Assembly (NCBI GenBank): GCA_030390025.1
Contig: JASTWF010000333.1
Location: forward strand, 248,001-312,000
Direction: 5' to 3'
From: Squalus acanthias
Taxonomy: Eukaryota
DNA: 64,000 bases
Position numbers and translations under genes: made by a program. Below are positions 1-10,587 of this stretch, one piece after another; within the stretch, counting starts at the first letter, position 1, and each line of letters opens with the position of its first letter. The notes under the pieces are model-generated. The model did no database searches. It worked only from the letters and a program-made list of their open reading frames with translations, and was not told the DNA's origin.

Positions 1-800
1 TGAATGTTGACATAGTTTCTGCCTCAACCACGAACCATAAATAAACTTGAAAGAGAGGGCTATCATAAGATAGTAAATATTCTGAATGATTACTTCCTCT
101 AAGTATTCACAAGGGAAGTTATGAGCAACATGCCCTCCCCAAACAGAGATAACCCAAGCAAAATTAATAACCAATATAAATAAGAGGCAAATCCTAGACA
201 GGCTACGATAGCAAAATACTGCGGATGCTGGAAAATTGAAACAACAACAGAAAACGCTGGAAAAACTCAGTAGGCCAGGCAACATCCGTGGAGAGAGAAA
301 CAGACTAAATGGTCTCAAAAACAACAAATCCCCAGGGATAGATGGTATTTATCCCAGAATACTAAAGGAGACTAAGAAGGAGATTTTTGAAGCACTAACA
401 ATCATTATGAGGGAGTGACTGGACACTGCGGCGCTACCAACAGATTGAAAACAAAAAGGATGACAAAACAGACACGGGCAGAGCCATTAGTTTTACTTTA
501 ATCCTGTGTGAAATAATGGTATTATCAGGTATAAGCTTGAAGATTATCCATATAATAATAATTTAGTAAAGAGTATTCAGCATGGATTCAGAAGGGGAAA
601 ATCTTGTCTGACTAACCTCATTGACTTCCTTGAGGAAGTGACATCCCAAGTGGACTGTTGTAAGCCCCACAACATGTGGTACCTTGACTGCCAAAAGGCA
701 GTTGACAAAATTCCACATGACAAGCTATGAGTTAAACTCAAAGCAGTGGGCATTCAGGATAAATCTTCAGAATAAGAAAATGATGTTGAAGGGTAAAAAA
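1..800 (+). mobile_element. Degraded CR1 LINE ORF2 (RT) fragment
   Basis: KSPGIDGIYPRILKE motif and QHGFRRGKSCLTNL-like remnants; frameshifts and stops. Confidence 0.85.
206..304 (-). mobile_element. Short Penelope-associated element copy, truncated before the hammerhead motif
   Basis: gcaaaatactgcggatgctgg...gagagagaaacaga matches the copies at 23.3 and 61.2 kb; flanked by caggcta/cagacta inside the CR1. Confidence 0.75.
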
Positions 801-851
801 TAACCTGTACATGTTAGAGGCATTATGTAGAGGTGGGGGGGGGGAAAAACT

Positions 852-1490
852 GAGGTCAATTTTAATCCCTCTCCCGGTGGCAATGGTGCGGGCGGGGGTT
901 CCGACGTGTTACCACGCCCATCATTTTAACTTACTTCAGAACAGGCATGCCCCAGGCAGACAGGGGCCTATTTTACATGGAAAAGTCGAGGCCCAATGAC
1001 ATCATTGGTGATGTGACGCCATTTTTACTCATGGATTCGGGAGGCCCGCATGGGGAAACCCGGACAGCTCTATCATGACGAGTGTCCACAGAGTGGCCAG
1101 AAGAGACCAAGGTAAGTTAAAAAAAAATTACTTTTATGTGGAATTTTTGTGGGACAGGAGGAGAAGGACTGCTCCCCCAGGCTTCACAAGGAGTCCCTGG
1201 GCTCCCCAGCCCCAGCCTTGCCTCTCCCTCCCGGCACTGGGATCTTCACCCAAATTCCCTCACCAGCACTAACACCATGCCGGGGAACCATTCCCTTCCG
1301 TACCCGGCGTCCTTGGGCTCCCGACCCGATTACTGCACCCACCTGCCAGCCGGGCGCCACCCCCATCGGTTTCAGGTGGGAGATAGTGCTGGAATATTTA
1401 AATGAGGCGCAGGATCAAAACAGACTGAGCTCCCAGCAGGGTTTTCCCTCCAGCCCTGCACCCCGCCTGCCCCGAATTAAAATCAACCCC
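852..1490. mobile_element. Harbinger-type MITE
   Basis: Imperfect TIRs gaggtcaattttaat / attaaaatcaacccc; 3-bp TSD ACT (849-851, 1491-1493). Confidence 0.75.
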
Positions 1491-1731
1491 ACTGAGTGGG
1501 GTGCCCCAGAGTTTGGTGTTGGGCCCGTTACTTTTTCTATTTCTATTTCTATTTCACATTAACGACAGGACTCATAGCGGTGTAAATTGGTCAAATGTGC
1601 AACTTATACAAAACTAAGGAGAGAGACTGGAATTAGAGGAGACAGCTCAGACATTACAGCATGAGGCAATTGGGAGGGGGGTGAGTGGTGGCCGGCAGTT
1701 TTAATGATGGGTGCTGCGCAATCGAGTTTCT

Positions 1732-2625
1732 GGGGGAGAAATTCAGTATCACCCCCATTTGGGGCGCAATTATCGGCCGGGCGCAAAGATTAGCCCCTGG
1801 CGCTAATTATCGCCTCCGACTGCAAACTTGGCTTTTATCACCCCTGGAGGTGATTGGAGCGCTAAATCAGGCACTTCACAACTGTCTTAAGGTGCAAAGG
1901 CCGAGGAGTGAGGCGCTACCTCAGAGCGCTGGCGAAGCTCATGTGATATCAGTCAGCAATGGAACACACACACAATGGCGCCGGCCAGTTCTTAAAGTGG
2001 AGGGTTGATCTTGCTCTACATCCACATCCTGCTCATTGCAGCCTTGAATCTCGGCCTGGAGAGACATGTACATCAAATCTGCTGGAACGAACAATGGAGA
2101 GTATCAGGGAAAGAGCTCACAGTGCAGCCCCCACAGTCTCTTCTAAATCGATACAAGGAATGGCAAATCAAAATGAACCTGCAAAGTGCTGCTCAGTACC
2201 CAAAACTCCTTCACACAGCGTTGAATCTCTCCAGAAGTCTCTCTCTCTCTCTCAGAATGTGTGGTGCAAAAATGTCACCAACAAAAAAAGGCAGGAAGCG
2301 GTCGCCTTTAAATAGCGCTACCCTAGTCCCTTCCTGACTGCAAAACGCTCCCCTCAACCTGTCGTTGCTAGCGGCAGGCGGTAAGGCAGGGGGCACCACT
2401 CAATATCCGGTCCGGGGCGCTACCAGGGCGTTGCGCACTCGACTGACGTCACGATCTGCCGGCGCAGGAGATCGTGGCGGTAGTGTTTAGCGCCGCCGCA
2501 AAATGTCTAGTTAATTATGTGAGCGGCGCAAACATCGCCGTGCACGGGCGCTAGTTGCTTTGCGCCCCATTAGCGCCCTCTTAAGGTGCTAATGGGAGGC
2601 GCAAAGCCAACTGAATTTCCCCCCC
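1732..2625 (+). mobile_element. Non-autonomous Harbinger (MITE), deletion derivative of the 45882-50101 family
   Basis: 15-bp TIRs gggggagaaattcag / ctgaatttccccccc; TSD TCT; both ends similar to 45882-50101; retains Myb start MESIRERAH. Confidence 0.92.
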
Positions 2626-2720
2626 TCTGGATCCTAATGTCAAAGGTCTGAGTTATAGGAAAGGCTGGTGAACCTGACCTTTGAGGTTATCTTATAGAGG
2701 TATATAGATTGTAAATGGTA

Positions 2721-2988
2721 TTTTTTTAATCATTCACGGGATGTGGGCGTCGCTGGCAAGGCCAGCGTTTATTGCCCATTCCTAGTTGCCCTTGAGAAGG
2801 TGGTGGTGAGCCGCCTTCCTGAACCGCTGCAGTCTGTGTGGTGAAGGTACTCCCACAGTGCTACAGGTAGGGAATTCCAGGCTTTTGGAGGCTCACCACC
2901 ACCTACTCAAGGGCAACTAGGAATGGGCAATAAACACTGGCCTTATCAGAGACGCCCACATCCCGTGAATGAGTACATTTAAAAAAAA
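2721..2988. repeat. Inverted pair of LINE/SINE 3' tails (fold-back)
   Basis: 2721-2812 is the approximate reverse complement of 2890-2988; both resemble the 3' end of the LINE at 57375. Confidence 0.85.
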
Positions 2989-3183
2989 TCTTCTAAGGGG
3001 ACCTCAAGCAGGTGTTAGGCCTCTTATTTGCATATGCAAAGCACCTAATGTCTGCTTGAGGCCTGAGTAAAGGACACCTCTTGTTAGTCCTCACCCAATA
3101 TGGCAAGCGGTGCTCTTCCTGCCCGCCATTTTGGGGCCTTAGGTGTCATATGCCAAGGTGTCAGAATTTCATAAGGCAGATGC

Positions 3184-3493
3184 TGTTGCTGACTGCATTG
3201 TCAGCACAGACTTAGCTTTCTAGAGGTTGCAAGTGTTTCCAGCAATGTCGGTGACATGAATCTGTCATTCATGACTTATGAAATAATACCGAGTGGCCTG
3301 CAGGGTGGCGCTGTCCAGGGAGAGTATAAATACTCGGGCACGGGCCCAGCTTGCACAGGACATTCTTAACCAGAACGAATGAAGGACACAACTAGATCTC
3401 CATGTTGTAAAACAGTTGATTAAAGCTTTGTTTAACGCTTAGACCAAGTGCCTAGTAGTTTTCTTACGTCAGTCGGCATCCAGTGTTACCTCA
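3184..3493 (+). mobile_element. Possible short LTR fragment
   Basis: TGTT...CTCA ends, TATAAATA near 3326, ATTAAA near 3420, followed by PBS-like ttggtag; no TSD found. Confidence 0.3.
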
Positions 3494-4054
3494 TTGGTAG
3501 AATCTATCACACCATTGACTGATTGCTTCTGTCATCTCTACTTGAACTGCCATCTATTCCATCAGCATGGGTGCCGTTTATACTGTCTCACCTTGGTCCT
3601 CAGAATTGGACCACGATGAGCCCCAACACCAGCAGCACCAGACACACCAGCAGCACCAACAACACCACCACCAAGCTTCTCCTCAACCATCTTATGCTGC
3701 ACAGGACAGAGGGCATCAGTGCAGGGCTGCACTGCGCCGGAGGATGAGCTTCCTCAACATGACTGAGCAGCAGTGCCAAAAGAGGCTCAGGCTATCACGC
3801 CAGGGAGGCACAAACATTTGCACATTGCTAGAGGAAGACCTGTAGCTCAGAGGAGCGTGTGGACATGCCTTACCAGTGGCTGTCAAAGTCACCATGAAGG
3901 GATTATTACTGGTCCTAGCCACTTTAGGGCTACCCCGGATCAGACGTATTCCCCAGACGTTCACTTTCAACTAAAGTTTGAGGTAGCCGAATCCTAAAGA
4001 CGCTTAATTGGGTCTAAAGGTCCAGACTATCTCTCCCTAAAGGAAAGGAACAAC

Positions 4055-6161
4055 CTAGTGGGAGGACAGAGGATTGGGAAAACTTTAAAAGGCAGCAAAA
4101 AATAACAAAAAGATTGATTAAGAAAGGGAAGATAGATTATGAAAGTAAATTAGCAAAAAATATAAAAACAGATAGTAAGAGTTTTTATAGTTATATAAAA
4201 AGAAAAAGGGTGGCTAAAGTAAATGTTGGTCCCTTAGAGGATGAGACCGGGAAATTAATGGTGGGAAATATGGAGATGGCAAAAACACTGAATGAATATT
4301 TTGTATCAGTCTTTACAGTAGAGGACACTAAGAATATCCCAACACTGGACAAACAGGGGGCTATAGGGGGAGAGGAGCTAAACACGATCAAAATCACTAA
4401 GGAAGTGGTACTCGGTAAAATAATGGGACTCAAGGCGGATAAATCACCTGGACCTGATGGCTTACATCCTAGAGTCTTGAAGGAAGTGGCGGTAGGGATT
4501 GTAGATGCATTGGTAATAATTTTTCAAAACTCCCTGGATTCCGCTAAGGTCCCGGCAGACTGGAAAACTGCTAATGTAACACCCTTATTTAAAAAGGGCA
4601 GTAGACAGAAGGCTGGTAACTATAGACCGGTTAGCCTAACATCTGTGGTAGGTAAAATTTTGGAGTCCATTATTAAGGAAACAGTAACAGGACATTTGGA
4701 TAATCATAATTTAATAGGACAAAGTCAGCATGGTTTTACGAAGGGGAAGTCATGTTTGACAAATTTGCTGGAGTTCTTTGAGGAAGTAACATATAGAGTG
4801 GATAAAGGGGAACCAGTGGACGTAGTGTATTTAGACTTCCAAAAGGCATTTGACAAGGTGCCACACAAAAGATTATTGCTTAAGGTAAAAAATCACGGGA
4901 TTGGGGGTAATATTCTGGCATGGATAGAGGATTGGCTATCTAACAGAAAGCAAAGAGTTGGGATAAATGGTTCATTCTCAGACTGGCAATCAGTAACTAG
5001 TGGTGTTCCACAGGGGTCAGTGCTGGGTCCCCAACTCTTCACAATCTATATTAACGATTTGGAGGAAGGGACCAAGTGTAACATATCAAAATTTGCAGAT
5101 GATACAAAGATGGGAGGGAAAGTAGTGAGTGAGGAGGATATAAAAAACCTGCAAGGGGACATAGACAGGCTAAGTAAGTGGGCAGAGATTTGGCAGATGG
5201 AATACAACACTGGAAAGTGTGAGGTGATGCACTTTGGCAGGAAAAATCCTAGAGCAATTTATTATCTTAATGGCAAGAAACTGGAGAGTACTGAAGTGCA
5301 AAGGGATCTGGGGGTCCTGGTGCACGAAACTCAAAAGGTTAGTATGCAGGTGCAGCAAGTGATTAAGAAGGCAAATGGAATGTTGGCTTTCATTGCTAGG
5401 GGGATAGAATATAAAAATAGGGAGGTATTGCTTCAGTTGTACAAGGTATTGGTGAGACCGCACCTGGAATACTGCATACAGTTTTGGTGTCCTTACTTAA
5501 GGAAAGACATCCTTGCTCTCGAGGCAGTGCAAAAAAGGTTCACTCGGTTAATCCCGGGGATGAGGGGGTGGTCATATGAGGAGAGGTTGGGTAGATTGGG
5601 ACTCTACTCATTGGAGTTCAGAAGAATGAGAGGCGATCTTATTGAAACATATAAGATTGTGAAGGGGTTGGATCGGGTGGATGCGGGGAGGATGTTCCCG
5701 ATGACGGGTGAGACGAGAACTAGGGGACATAGTCTTAGAATAAGGGGCTGCTCTTTCAAAACTGAGATGAGGAGGAACTACTTCACTCAGAGGGTGGTAG
5801 GTCCATGGAATATGCTGCCACAAAAAGCTGTAGAAGCTACAACATTAATTAAATTTAAAACAGAAATAGACAGTTTCCTAGAAGTAAAGGGCATTAAGGG
5901 TTACGGGGAGCGGGCAGGAATTTGGACATGAGTCTAGGTTCGGATCGGTCATGGCCCTGTGGGTAGTGGAGCGGGCCCAGGGACTGTGTAGCCTGATTCT
6001 GCTCCTATTTCGTGTGTGCAATTCTGTTAGATGCAGGAGATGGTTCTGTGATAGATAGTAGATTGGCGGTTAGGATCAGATCAGCCATGATCTTATTGAA
6101 TGGCGGAGCAGGCTCGAGGGGCCGATTGGCCTACTCCTGCTCCTATTTCTTATGTTCTTAT
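4055..6161 (+). mobile_element. Young 5'-truncated CR1 LINE
   Basis: Open ORF2 portion followed by CR1 3' UTR ending ttcttatgttcttatg. Confidence 0.95.
4114..5931 (+). CDS. CR1 ORF2 reverse transcriptase plus C-terminal domain (605 aa open, no endonuclease)
   Basis: NYRPVSLTS, DFQKAFDKV, GVPQGSVLGP, FADD, RPHLEYC motifs; no internal stops. Confidence 0.93.
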   Translation: MIKKGKIDYESKLAKNIKTDSKSFYSYIKRKRVAKVNVGPLEDETGKLMVGNMEMAKTLNEYFVSVFTVEDTKNIPTLDKQGAIGGEELNTIKITKEVVLGKIMGLKADKSPGPDGLHPRVLKEVAVGIVDALVIIFQNSLDSAKVPADWKTANVTPLFKKGSRQKAGNYRPVSLTSVVGKILESIIKETVTGHLDNHNLIGQSQHGFTKGKSCLTNLLEFFEEVTYRVDKGEPVDVVYLDFQKAFDKVPHKRLLLKVKNHGIGGNILAWIEDWLSNRKQRVGINGSFSDWQSVTSGVPQGSVLGPQLFTIYINDLEEGTKCNISKFADDTKMGGKVVSEEDIKNLQGDIDRLSKWAEIWQMEYNTGKCEVMHFGRKNPRAIYYLNGKKLESTEVQRDLGVLVHETQKVSMQVQQVIKKANGMLAFIARGIEYKNREVLLQLYKVLVRPHLEYCIQFWCPYLRKDILALEAVQKRFTRLIPGMRGWSYEERLGRLGLYSLEFRRMRGDLIETYKIVKGLDRVDAGRMFPMTGETRTRGHSLRIRGCSFKTEMRRNYFTQRVVGPWNMLPQKAVEATTLIKFKTEIDSFLEVKGIKGYGERAGIWT

Positions 6162-8317
6162 GTAAGATGTTACCGTCCTCCAGATAGCACTTTTAATAAG
6201 TTTAGCTAGACTGTAACCTTCCGGATATTATGAGGGTCTGGAAAACTCCCCCAGAATTCTGCAACTCATCACCAAAGAGCGTACAGAGATTGAGTTCGCG
6301 AGTTTGATGCAGAAGTATTATGTGAGACAATTCTAAACATATATAGATTTATTAAAGAACCGACATGCAGTTTACAGTAGGTGTTTCAATCGCAACATTA
6401 ACAGTTCCAAATACATAAATCTTACAATTCTATTATCAGAGATCCTTATTCTCAAATCTTAACTTCGCTAGTTTTACAGTTCTTAGTTTATTCCAGGATA
6501 TCCACCAAAATCAAATACAATACCTTGATTCCCCGAGATACAAAGAGTTGAAGACTTACAGAGCTTGCCTCTGAAGCCTGAGAATCGCTTTGCCCCTTAC
6601 AGCGAAACTATCATCCCATTTGAAAGTTCAATTTTTATACCCTTTTGCAGTGGTATTTCCTTTGAAGTTTTCTGCTGATGTAAGTTAATTATCTCTAGTC
6701 AGTTTTCTGCTGACCCCTGCTATTCTTACAGTCAGTTCAGCTGGTAGCATTAAGAATTATGTCTCCTGTGTAGGTGTCTCAAGCTTAACACAAAAACAAT
6801 GTGATGGCTGGTGCATCTATTTGATGTCATTCTTACCAAGGTCTTCCATTTGTATCTTTTGCATTTAGAACACCTCAACCGGGTGCACCATTGTCTTCTT
6901 TCCAATGCTTCAGACTATCAGGAACCTCCAACCTCCTGTTTCAACAAGGCTATTGATTCAGTGTCAACAACTTATCTGATCTCAATAGCCTGAATGCTGT
7001 TCACAGCTTCTCCATTGTTAGGTTTTTAGATTTTCAGACCTAGTATGTCATGTTTTAATAAAGTCAGAAGTCTTTTATAGAATGGTGTATTTTTCTGAAT
7101 ATGGCTTATTCCTTCACAACCAGCGTCCTCAACTTCTTCACCTCAGGCTCCTTCCAGGGATCTGCAGCAGACATTTGTGGCATCTCCCAGTCGGCCGCCC
7201 ACAGATGCATCACATAGGTTACCGATGCCCTCTTTGACAAGTCAGCCAATTATATCAACTTTGTCACTGATGAAGCCAGTGTTGCTGAGTGGGCACTGGG
7301 CTTTGCCACTCTGGCTGGCTTTCCACGGGTGCAGGGCATCATCGACTGCACACATGTGGCCATCAGGGCACCCCATCATAGTCTTTGGAGTCTTTGTCAA
7401 CCGCAAGGGCTTCCACTCCCTCACTATGCAGCTCGTCTGCAACCATAGGAAGATCATCATGCATGTGTGTGCAAAATTCCCTGGCAGCTGTCATGACTCT
7501 TTCGTCCTTCGCCAGTCCACCCTCCCTCAGATCTTCGCTCTGCCAAACAGACTTTCCGGCTTGCTGCTTGGAGACAAGGGCTATCCACTGAAGACGTGGC
7601 TCATGACACCCTTGAGGAGGCCAAGTACTGAGGCCCAGGAGAGATATAATGAAAGCCACATTTCCACCAGATGTGTCATAGAGCAGACAATAGGCATGCT
7701 CAAAGTGCACTTCAGATGCCTTGACAGATCTGAAGGAGCCCTTCAGTATGCTACAGCCAGGGTCTCCAGAATCGTCGTGGTTTGCTGCGCCCTGCACAAC
7801 ATAGCGCAGTAGTGAGGATTAGTGCTGCATGAGGAGCAAGGCACTGAGCGCACAGCCTCTTCAGAGGAGGAGAAGCAGGAGGAGGAGGGGGAGGAGCATC
7901 AGCTGGAAGACAAGGAGGAGCAGGAGCTGGAGGAACCTGCGGTCCAGATCCCACCAGTACCTGAGCACATTGCTGCCTGGGAGGCCAGGGATGGGCTCAT
8001 CACGGCCAGATTTACTTAACTTTACGCATTACACATATATGGCTACCACATGTGGTGCCAGGCTGGCACCACCCCACAGCAACACCATAAAGCATCGCTA
8101 CAATGACCAAGCCATTCCTTTCACACTGACCACCATTGCTGGAATTAAAGTGATGTCTCACCATTCACTCCAACTCACTAAGCCACTTCCAAAGTTGCAC
8201 ACAAATTTGTCCATGACCGTAAAGTGGTGAAAATAAAGATTTTTATCTGTGACATCACAGTAACGGAAACTTTACACAAACATTTAATAAAACACCCAAG
8301 TGGCTACCCTTGTGAAT

Positions 8318-10211
8318 CTACTTATGTTTGATCTTTCTCTTACGCGTGCTTATACGAGGTGCTACCCCTGTGGCTTCAGCAGAGGTAGAGGCAGCCTGCT
8401 CACTTCCCTGCTGCGACTGCACAGACACGTTTGGCTGACGTCCTCCGGGTTTTGGAGCCTGTGATGGCCCCGCCAAATTCTGCTCCTCCTGTGACTGTGC
8501 AGGGGCAGACTTGGCCATCATGATCCGAGGAGGCATCTGGGGCTCTGACTGTGGATGGGGGGGGAGGGGGAGGGGGTGGTGGGGGGGCAATGTAGGAGAA
8601 GTGTGAGCGCTTTGAGAGGAGCCCCGACTTGCATGTCCCCTCTCACCATCATCCCTCTCATTGGCCACCCGCACCTCCCTGCTAGCAAGGAGCTGGAGAG
8701 CACCTTGCTGCACAGCAGTGGGGCAATGAGAACCCACTTCTACGTTGACATCCCTCCTAGACAGGACGTCTATGAGCCTCTGCCATCTATTCTCCTTAGA
8801 TAACCATCTATTCTCCTTAGAGACCATGTGCTCCTGTGAGTGGCGCATTAGCTGCTCCATGCAGGTGGCCGTCCTATCCATGGAAGAGCCTACAATCGCC
8901 ATCGTCTGCGACATGGTGGTGCTCATGTTGGAGATGGACTCCTCCATTCTCTGCACATTTGCAGACATCGCGGTTGCAAAACCTGTCAGAGCCCCCTGCA
9001 CTTCTTGCTGCACCTCCAGGATCGCCCTCTTTCTGGATGGCCCCCGAGGCTCAGTGTCTGTATGCAGCTGAGCAAAGCTGAGAGCGTCCTGTGCCGTCCA
9101 GCGAGGACTCTCCACTGCTGTCCCTGTCTCTTGTGACGGACCCAGTGACAACACTACTCTATCTCGCGTGGGACCCACCGAGGTGGAAGTATCTGTGCTG
9201 GTGCTGGGTGTGCTTATGTCTGGTGACGGTGCACCCTCAGAGGCTGGAGGCTCCTCTGAGGAATCGTCTTCCTCTTCCGCCTGGACAGTTGGGGGGCGGG
9301 GGAGGGGTGCTCTTGAGGGAGAGTAAAGAGATGAGTTAGATATGTCATATGAAGAATGAATAACGATACCATTATGCACATGATGAACATTCACTGGCTG
9401 CTGACATCAGTCCCCATATGAGTGACTGATGTATGCCATGTAGCTGTATGATATGTAATTCTGTCACCAGGTTGCTGAGATGTCCCCCTCTCTCCATCTC
9501 CCACCTCCAGCTGCTCGGCGACTCCAGATACTTCCAAGGCAGCCTCCTCTGCTGATGTTAGGATGGCCAATGATGGAGGCCCACCTCCAGTTCTCTCCCT
9601 CTCCCTCTTATTGTGCACTCTCTTTTCCTGCAAGGAGGGAAAGAAGAGAAGGTTGAGTGAGAGTGATGGAATGATTGTAAGGAATGGATGGGTAACATTT
9701 TTAGAGGGCGACTACAATGGAGTGGGCTGGCAATGCCAAGTGGCCTCCTTGTGTGTTGTTAGTTGGTATGATTGCATTAGGATGATGGTGAGTGTGAGGG
9801 GTTGCTAGTCAGATGGGGATGTGATAATGTAGATAGAGAGAGAGGGATGGTTGGGCATGTAAGGTATGTTGTTGTGAGTAAGGATGTGCAGGAGCAGGGT
9901 TGGGAAGGCAGAGTGATGGGGATGTGATGAGAGGCACAGCAGGATGAAGTTGAGTGTGGCTTTGCACTCACCTTTCCTGATCTAATGAGATCATTGAAAC
10001 GTTTGCGGCATTGCACCCAGGTCCTCCTGAACACATCCCTGCAGTTCACCACCTCGGCTATTTGGTGCCAAGCACCTTTTGTCTCTTGGGGAGGTCTCTT
10101 CCGTCCATCGGAAGGGAAGAGGACCTCCCTGCGTGCTCTCACTCCCTCCACAAGCATATGGAGGGAGTCATCGGAGAACCTGGGTACAGCCCTCTGCCTC
10201 TGTGCAGTCAT
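8318..10211 (-). CDS. Harbinger Myb/SANT-like DNA-binding protein, 3 exons (10211-9972, 9627-9468, about 9310-8318)
   Basis: PRFSDDSL...W..IA...RTWVQCRKRFNDL|gtgagt; exon 2 EKRVHNKRERERTGGGP with ttgcag acceptor; long exon 3 ORF; exon 3 acceptor uncertain. Confidence 0.8.
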
Positions 10212-10519
10212 ATTTGGCACTCTTTGTAGCAGTCCAATTGTGCAGTGTGCTGCCTGCACTATCCTGGATGAACCTTCAAATGCAATGTGACCGTGGCCCC
10301 TTTAAATATCCCGGCTGAAAACGCGTCATCACTGATGTCATCAGATCCGCACCATTTAATGGGGCCGGGTAACGCACAGGGCAGCCTTAATTGGCCCCAT
10401 TAATAGAAAGTCGATCTCAGGAACGGCATGGAATGAAGAACGGGGTCGTGACCCGCCACAGCGACCGCCCGCACCTGACCCGCCCACTTACAGAAAATTC
10501 CGGCCCATGTCTCAGGTCA

Positions 10520-10586
10520 AGATGCTGCCTGACCTGCTGAGTATTTCCAGCATTTTTTGCTTTTATTTCAGGTTTCCAACATTTGC
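10520..10586 (+). mobile_element. Fragment of the short Penelope-associated element (opposite orientation)
   Basis: agatgctgcctgacctgctgagtatttccagcatttt is the reverse complement of the 23.3-kb copy. Confidence 0.75.
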
Positions 10587-10587
10587 T

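Larger units (their letters stand above)
3895..7118 (-). mobile_element. Solo LTR (ERV-like, about 1.1 kb net), split by a CR1
   Basis: TGAAGG...CCTTCACA termini; 4-bp TSD ACCA (3891-3894, 7119-7122); minus-strand TATAAAA near 6635 and AATAAA near 6350. Confidence 0.8.
3567..8019 (+). pseudogene. Harbinger (HARBI1-like) DDE transposase pseudogene, split into 3567-3894 and 7123-8019
   Basis: SFLNMTEQQCQKRLRLSR...LPVAVKVT joins [12 protein letters not shown] across the insertion; IDCTH, GDKGYPL, VIEQTIG motifs; acidic tail; stops and a frameshift. Confidence 0.9.
3567..10506. mobile_element. PIF/Harbinger transposon 1 (left end not found), interrupted by solo LTR and CR1
   Basis: Convergent transposase (+) and Myb gene (-); right TIR-like gaaaattccggccc ending at 10506. 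Confidence 0.88.

Noticed and set aside
1959..2337. Paralogous small ORFs here and at 23678-24056 as a gene family
   Set aside because: Similarity is explained by two copies of one MITE
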